A stretch of DNA of 41,820 bases from Reclinomonas americana ATCC 50394 (lineage: Eukaryota): contig PS015120.1 in NCBI GenBank assembly GCA_048213135.1, forward strand, positions 116,743 to 158,562. The letters are read 5' to 3'. Each line of letters starts with the position of its first letter. Positions within the stretch are counted from its first letter, which is position 1. The translations under genes and the position numbers were made by a program. The notes below the pieces were generated by a model. The model was given only the letters and a program-made list of their open reading frames with translations, was not told the origin of the DNA and did not search any database. Shown here in pieces: positions 36,101-41,820 of this stretch.

Positions 36101-38632
36101 AACGGCACGTAGTCCTGTGAGGCAGAGTCCGACACGGCGGGACTTCGCACCACATCGGTCATGCACATGCAGACGGCCACACGCAGGTCTTCGCTGCTGC
36201 TTCCGGCCTCTGTTGAGTATGTGAGTCGTGCGATAAGTAAGAAAGCAGAGAGTGAGAAAGATTAGGCAACAAGAGTCGAACCATCCCACGCGCTGGTCAC
36301 TGCGCTGTTCAAGCGACCGAGATAAGGCGGATTTGCAATGGCCAGTCGGCAGTACGCACGCAGTCCGACGGCCCGCATTCCCTCGGCCTTCAACAACGCA
36401 TTGATGACGCGCAACACCGCAGCTCTGTGCAGTGCTGTTCAGTCTCACATGACAACACTGGCGGGTCGTGCGGCAGCAGCGCAAACGAACACTGTGTGCT
36501 TCTCCGTCTCGCGCGCCTGCACGTGGAAGTTGCTCGGGTGCATACTCGGCAACGCATACACCAGCTCAAGCACACTCTGCGCATCCTCGGCCGCGGTGCT
36601 TGCTGTGCTGCTGCTGATAAACGACAGCAGCGAGACGAGCAGCGGCATCATCCAGTCGATCCATTGTCCGCGTACGTGCTGCAGCGACGTTGATTGCACG
36701 CAGTGTCAGCGTCACCCAATAAACAACCACCGTCTGCATTCGACATGTACCTGCGCCACCCACTGCTGGTGAAAGTCGACCAACGCCCGTGCTGCCAGCA
36801 GTCGAACTCGTGCATTGCGTGGGTGGCTGGTGAGTGCACTCAAAATGAGGCCGCGCTCGGCAATCTTGCCCTGCACATACACCACATGTGTTAGCAGGAT
36901 GCGGTGCATGGCGGGCAGTTCTACAGAGGCACAAACCTGTCGCTGAACGCCAGAATTGGTCGTCTCGTGTGTCACCAACGCACGCAACAGCGTGGCGGCA
37001 GTGTCGGTCACCACCGCCTCCTCCGCAGTCGGGGAAAACAGCGGGGCCAGCGTGTACACAACTAGATGCGTCAGCGGCTGCAACACGGGAAGCAAGTCGC
37101 CATCAACAGACGGCGGCGACGACTGCTCGCCGTCGACAGAGGACTCCTCGGCTGCAATTGACTTTCGGGCAATCTGCAACATCTCCGCACATCGCGTGGT
37201 CACCGCCGCCGCCGTGTCTGCGCTCAACAGCTGCTGCGCTGCCGACGCCGCATACACGAGCGCCAGCTCGCCGCAGGCCAAAGCTGCAGTCGCCACGGCC
37301 GAGCGCACGTCCACCGCATGCCGCAACACAACGCCATACAAGTCAAGCAGTGGCGGCCACAGATCCGAGTCCTCCCCGCCACTGAGCAACACCAGGTACG
37401 GCAGGTGCACGAGCAGAGCACACAACGTGACGTGGCAGGTGCGCCATGTCGTGCTGTGCGCCAACAGCTACACACACAGAGCGACATTAGTGCGCTCGAA
37501 TCCACCTTCAGGCAACGGAGTGCCAAACCTCTCGCAAGTGGTGGACGTGGTTCTCCACCTCCACTGCCTCGCGTGCCGCTCCGTTCTCCGCAGCTCGCAC
37601 CGCCGTCACAATGCGCTGCAGCACAGCTTGCACAAGCAGCGGCGAAGCGTGCCGACTGTGCGACAGGGCGCGGAACGCCGCATCGTGCAGGCTCTCTGCT
37701 GCCACCGTCGGCCACTCCCCACGCAACACGGGCGACAAGCGGATCGACTACGCAGAAGAGTGCCACGCGTCAGGCAACAAGGGGAAAGAACACAACGGTG
37801 TGAACGCGGCACGACGCACCGACACAAACGGTGAGAATGCGCGTTGCAGAAGACGACTCAGCGCCGTCAGCGCTGCCGGCGAGGAGTCTGCGCGCAACAT
37901 CAACTCTCGTGCCTGCGCCCAGAATTCACCGCGCACCACTGCCGTCGCACTGGCAGTGGCCGCGTCGGCCGACACATTCTCGCCGACAAACACCATGCAC
38001 GGCAGAAACACCTCACTCGCCAGCGCCAGCACACTCTGCGCATGCGCCTCTGCACGACGGGCGTCACGTCAGCAGCAGCAACAGGAGGAGCAGCACCTGC
38101 ACTATTCTAAACACGGAGCACACCATCGCGAATGCCGTGGAGAACCGCAAAGCACGCCTGCAACAAGTCGACTCGAATCTCCGGCCGCGACGTCCACAGA
38201 TCGCGCAAGAGCACATGCACATCGGCACGCCCACTATCCGGCATTGTGAAGATGTGTCGCACTATGTCGCCCAACAGTCGGCGATGAATGCCTCCCGCGT
38301 TCTCAATGAGCACTGGTGCGAGGTGCGATGTGATGATTGATGCATGCATGCATGTGAATGAGCAAGTGAGTGAGTGCGACGCACTTGTCAGCACATCGCG
38401 TGCATTCGGGGAGAGTTTCCACAGAGTGTCGAGAATGGCGTGCTGCACCGAGCTGGTCTCTGCGCGTGCAAACCGCTTGCGCAAGTCGGTGATCCATCCG
38501 TCTGTTCTCGGAGAGCATGAGTATCACTGTGATGTGTAAGAGGGTGAGTGGCACGGAACTTATCTCACTGCGCGAGGCAGTGTTGGCACGAGTGAGCAGG
38601 CTGCGACACCAGCGCACAACCTCGCTGCTCAT
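30127..38632 (-). CDS. Large HEAT/ARM-repeat protein, focadhesin/RST1-like (DUF3730-type)
   Basis: About 30 short introns link an all-helical Leu/Ala-rich product. GLRAYCRLAIANPPYL, EDLRVAVCMCMTDVV, AALNCFRAFLEVGVLDYASAWAAM, DPSPVVRQTAY and FGAGLGLG resemble recalled focadhesin/RST1 motifs. Stop TAA at 30127. A few junctions are uncertain. Confidence 0.65.
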
Positions 38633-38685
38633 CGAAGGACGCTGAAAGAAGAAATGTGCAACAACAGGACTTCTTTCATTCAATG

Positions 38686-39713
38686 TCAACTTGAGAGTGT
38701 GCCTGGTGGGAAGCAGCTCACTCCATGCTCGAGACACTTGAAATGCAGAGTGAGCGACGCACTGCGCCGATCCTCGTCCTCTTCTTCGATGGTGATCTGG
38801 CGCAGGGGGGGAGAGCATTGAGCATGAGAAGACAAATGTTCCTTATTTGCTTGTTGTATCGCACCTGTCCGTGCACGTCCTTGCTGATGCCAGTCTCCAG
38901 CCCCTGCACTGTGAGCACTGTGCGACTCCAGTGTCTTAGCGACGCCGCCAGCAGCTTCGCCTCCGCGTCGTCCTCATCCGCGTGAGCGCGAACGATCAGA
39001 CGAGCACCGTGCTGCATGAGCTCCAAAATGTGAGCCGCAAGCACTCCCACCGCACCGCACCGTCTCCTCCTCCGCGCTCTCACCTCCTCTGCAAACACGC
39101 GCAGGTAGTGCACCACCTGCAGCGCCTCTGTCGCTCCCCAAAACAGCGCCAGCGTATTCAAACAGTCGACAATGAGCAGCTGCGGAGTGACACCGGCCAC
39201 AGGCGACACCATCAGCTCGACCAGTCCACGCGCACCGCCTCCTCCCCCCTCCGCGAGCGGGAAGTGTGTCACAGGAGGAGGCGCCGCCACAGCCTCCCCG
39301 ACCTCCACAGTCAGCGGCGACTTGAGTGCCAGCGTGCCTCCACTTGCACCAGTCTCCTCCAGCACATCGACAAAGGCGAGTGGAGCAGCAGTGCCGGCGC
39401 CCAAGCGCAGTCCGCCACCAATCTTGCGCGCAACTGTGCTCTGGTGCAGCCACGTGTGCTCTGTGGAGAGAATGCGGCAAGGCACTGCGTTGGCGGTCGC
39501 GCAACGAAGGAACTCGGCCGTGCAGAAGGAACCGTCGGCGGCCACGCTGTCAAGAATGCTCTGAGAGAGTGTCAGGAGTGACTCAAGGAGAGAGAGAGAG
39601 AGAGAGATAGAGAGGAGCGCAACAGTGAGGCCAGCACCCGGCACGACTCTTCTCTCTAGTAGCTCCTCCCAGCGACACGCGCGGTCGCCGTACTCGCACC
39701 ACCCGCGCTGCAT
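38686..39713 (-). CDS. ELP6: Elongator complex subunit 6
   Basis: ILDSVAADGSF, VARKIG, LLIVDCLNTL, TVLTVQGLETGISKDVHGQ|ITI...LHFKCLEHGVSCFPPG; three introns. Confidence 0.88.
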
Positions 39714-39916
39714 CGATGATTGAGATGGAAGAGAGGACGATGCAGGACGCAACTGCGTGCCTTCATTGTGGTTGCGTCCTCCCTCCTTCGCTCAGCGTTG
39801 CACAAGAGAGCGTCTCTCACACCCGCGTCCATCGCTCGCAGTGAGACGAGTCGCCAGAGAAAGACAGAGCGAGAGACAACTCCAACGTCGCGTCCTCTCT
39901 CCCACTCAACGCATTG

Positions 39917-40793
39917 ATGTCACTGCTGGAGTCGGCGCTGTCCACTCTGGGCATTGTGCTCTCACTGTGTGTGTTCCTGGCACCACTGCGGACACTAAGA
40001 ACGCGATGGCACGAGGGCACAACTGACAGAGAACCGATTCTGGTGTTGCTGGCTTCGTCGCTCATGTGCTGGCTGTGGTGGACGTATGGGTCTGTCTCTC
40101 TGTCTGTCTGTTAATGTCTCTCACACAGTGTCTCACTGCTTGTGGCTGAGCAGCGTTCTCATTCCAAACTGGAGCATTGTCACTGTCAACTTTTGTGGAA
40201 TGGTGCTCGGTGTCGCCTACTTGTACATGTATCACCAAGGGAGCGAGCGAAAGGTCACCACCACTCACTCTCCTTTGTTTGCATAGTCAGTCACTCGTTT
40301 GCTCAGATAGTCGCTCACTGCTGCAGGACTCGACTTTGGTTTCCATTGCCGGCACCCTGCTCATCTATGTGCTCGTGCTCGGCTACTTGACACTGGCCAA
40401 CCCGATGCACACGGTCACGCACTTGGGATTCATCTGTGCGGCCTCCTCTGTGGCCATGAATGCCTCGCCACTGGCCAAACTCGTTTCGTCGTGGTGCTGT
40501 TGTCTCTCATCGTACTTCATGCTGCTCATTTGGGGGCGCGGCAGTCACACGTGGTGCGCACCAAGAACGCCGACTCGATATCGTCGGCACTGGCCGTGGC
40601 CAGTCTCGCCAACGCCATTGCGTGGACGTTCTACGGGTACGTGATTGAGGACGCGTTCGTGGTGGTGCCGAACGGGATCTCGCTGTGCTTGGCCGCCATT
40701 CAGGTGGCTCTCGTGTGCCGCTACTCGTGGATTGGCGGTCGATGGGGCGCCAAAGCGCTCCACTCCTCCACCTCTAATGTGCTCTTCTTTTGA
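39917..40793 (+). CDS. SWEET (MtN3/saliva) sugar transporter
   Basis: VFLAPLRT...CWLWWTYG|V...IVTVNFCG...MNASPLAKL|SHVVRTKNADSI...AWTFYG..DAFVVVPNGI..IQVAL show two MtN3 repeats; three introns. Confidence 0.93.
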
Positions 40794-40857
40794 CGTAGAC
40801 ATCATCATCATGTTACACACAATTCATAAACACAATAACAGGCAACAAAAACCACCA

Positions 40858-41820
40858 TTACTTGCGCAGCGCCGAGGCCGGCACGAACGGATTCCCGGGT
40901 CGAACGGATCCACCGTCTCCCGGCCCCGTTGGTCGTGTCGACGATACTCCTGTTGACGGCAACCGCTTCGGCGGCTTGCTGTAATCGTCGTCGTCGTCGT
41001 CGTCGTCATCCTCATCATCATCACCACCGTCCTCGTCCTCGTCCTCGTCACTACCTCCCAGACGTCGCTGCTGCAGCCGCTTCTTTTTCTCGTCAGAGTC
41101 CGTCTTGCGCCGTTTCAACAGCGGCGGGTTTTCGGGACTCTCCAGCTTCTCCAGCACTTTCTCTGTGTGTAACGCAGTGAGCAACAGCGGGAGATCTGTT
41201 TGTCGTATCGTGTGCGACGACACACCAAGCTCCTCCGAGTCTGGCGAGTCAAAATCGGCGAAAAAGTCGGGCGAGCGTGTGCGCTTCCCCGTCTGCGCCG
41301 GTGTGATGAGACTCGACGAGGACGCTGTCGACGAGTTCATCGAGTACACGGTCACATCGGCACCGGGCGAGCCTCTGCTGCCCCTGCAAGGTGGTGACAA
41401 GAGGCAACTGTCAGCTGTGGAGGAATCGGCTTCACGAACAAAAAACACACACGCAACATGGCACCGGGCGAGCCTCTGCCGCCTCTGCAAACGTAGCGGC
41501 AAGAGACAGTTGTGAGCTGCGGAGGAAGGCATCGACTTCACAAACAAAAAAAAACACGCAACATGGCAGGTGGTGACCCATTCGGATGCGCTGCTTTTCT
41601 GACCAGCTCGGCAAGGGAGAGTGGCTCGGGGGCCTTCAGACGGGCCTCCTCCTCCAGCTCCCGAATCTGCTCCTCGTCCGTGATGGCGTCTTCGGGCGTC
41701 GGTGCAGGGAACTTTTTGGGATCGGCCTCGTGCATCTTTCGTCGAAAGTAGTTCACGAAGGGGATACACTCGCGGAGACGACCAATACCTGCACGTGCCA
41801 TCAGCCAGTGAGTTCGCTGT
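40858..41820 (-). CDS. Unknown protein, 3' part (5'-truncated by window), with acidic tract and basic NLS-like motif
   Basis: …IGRLRECIPFVNYFRRKMHEADP…SPPA|IGGRGSPGA|MGSRGSPGAD…PLLKRRK…poly-D/E…; introns 41485-41562 and 41384-41457; stop at 40858. Confidence 0.65.
   Translation of the reverse strand, partial: TANSLADGTCRYWSSPRVYPLRELLSTKDARGRSQKVPCTDARRRHHGRGADSGAGGGGPSEGPRATLPCRAGQKSSASEWVTTCHVACFFLFVKSMPSSAAHNCLLPLRLQRRQRLARCHVACVFFVREADSSTADSCLLSPPCRGSRGSPGADVTVYSMNSSTASSSSLITPAQTGKRTRSPDFFADFDSPDSEELGVSSHTIRQTDLPLLLTALHTEKVLEKLESPENPPLLKRRKTDSDEKKKRLQQRRLGGSDEDEDEDGGDDDEDDDDDDDDDYSKPPKRLPSTGVSSTRPTGPGDGGSVRPGNPFVPASALRK

Noticed and set aside
466-41562. GTTGCG introns as Introner/transposon copies, or as TT-AG introns cut one base later
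   Set aside because: Apart from the duplicated pair near 41.4-41.6 kb they share nothing beyond ~7 nt and show no terminal repeats. Reading frames (e.g. DCN1 T|GG = Trp) require cleavage before the G.
1-41820. Alternative genetic code, and the many overlapping antisense ORFs
   Set aside because: All recognisable genes translate with the standard code once introns are removed. Long shadow ORFs are expected at this GC content.

Overview
GC-rich, very gene-dense, intron-rich nuclear DNA from a eukaryotic microbe (organism not identifiable from this window). It has short (~55-110 nt) U2-type spliceosomal introns, CA/GA/TCT microsatellites and four N-gaps. I manually spliced about 17 protein genes: a giant single-pass surface protein, CWC15, two coiled-coil hypotheticals, an NFD6-like small mitochondrial protein, a SMAP-type ArfGAP, a gap-broken unknown, a bacterial-type NusG, MECR, a DCN1-like protein, a 3-TM/FN3-like protein, a TRAF-zinc-finger/TLDc protein, a BAR protein, a focadhesin/RST1-like HEAT protein, ELP6, a SWEET transporter and a truncated unknown. 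Three results stand out. (1) About a third of the roughly 100 introns I could delimit use a 5' splice site whose consensus is shifted by one nucleotide (GTTGCGY instead of GTGCGY), and GTTGCG is the most common donor hexamer in the window. (2) An intron-containing nuclear gene encodes a bacterial-type NusG N-terminal domain, which suggests a bacterial-type organellar RNA polymerase or a domesticated horizontal transfer. (3) An intact-looking 5S rRNA gene with an upstream ~106-bp repeat array sits inside an enlarged MECR intron. All gene models come from reading the sequence by eye; no searches were run.
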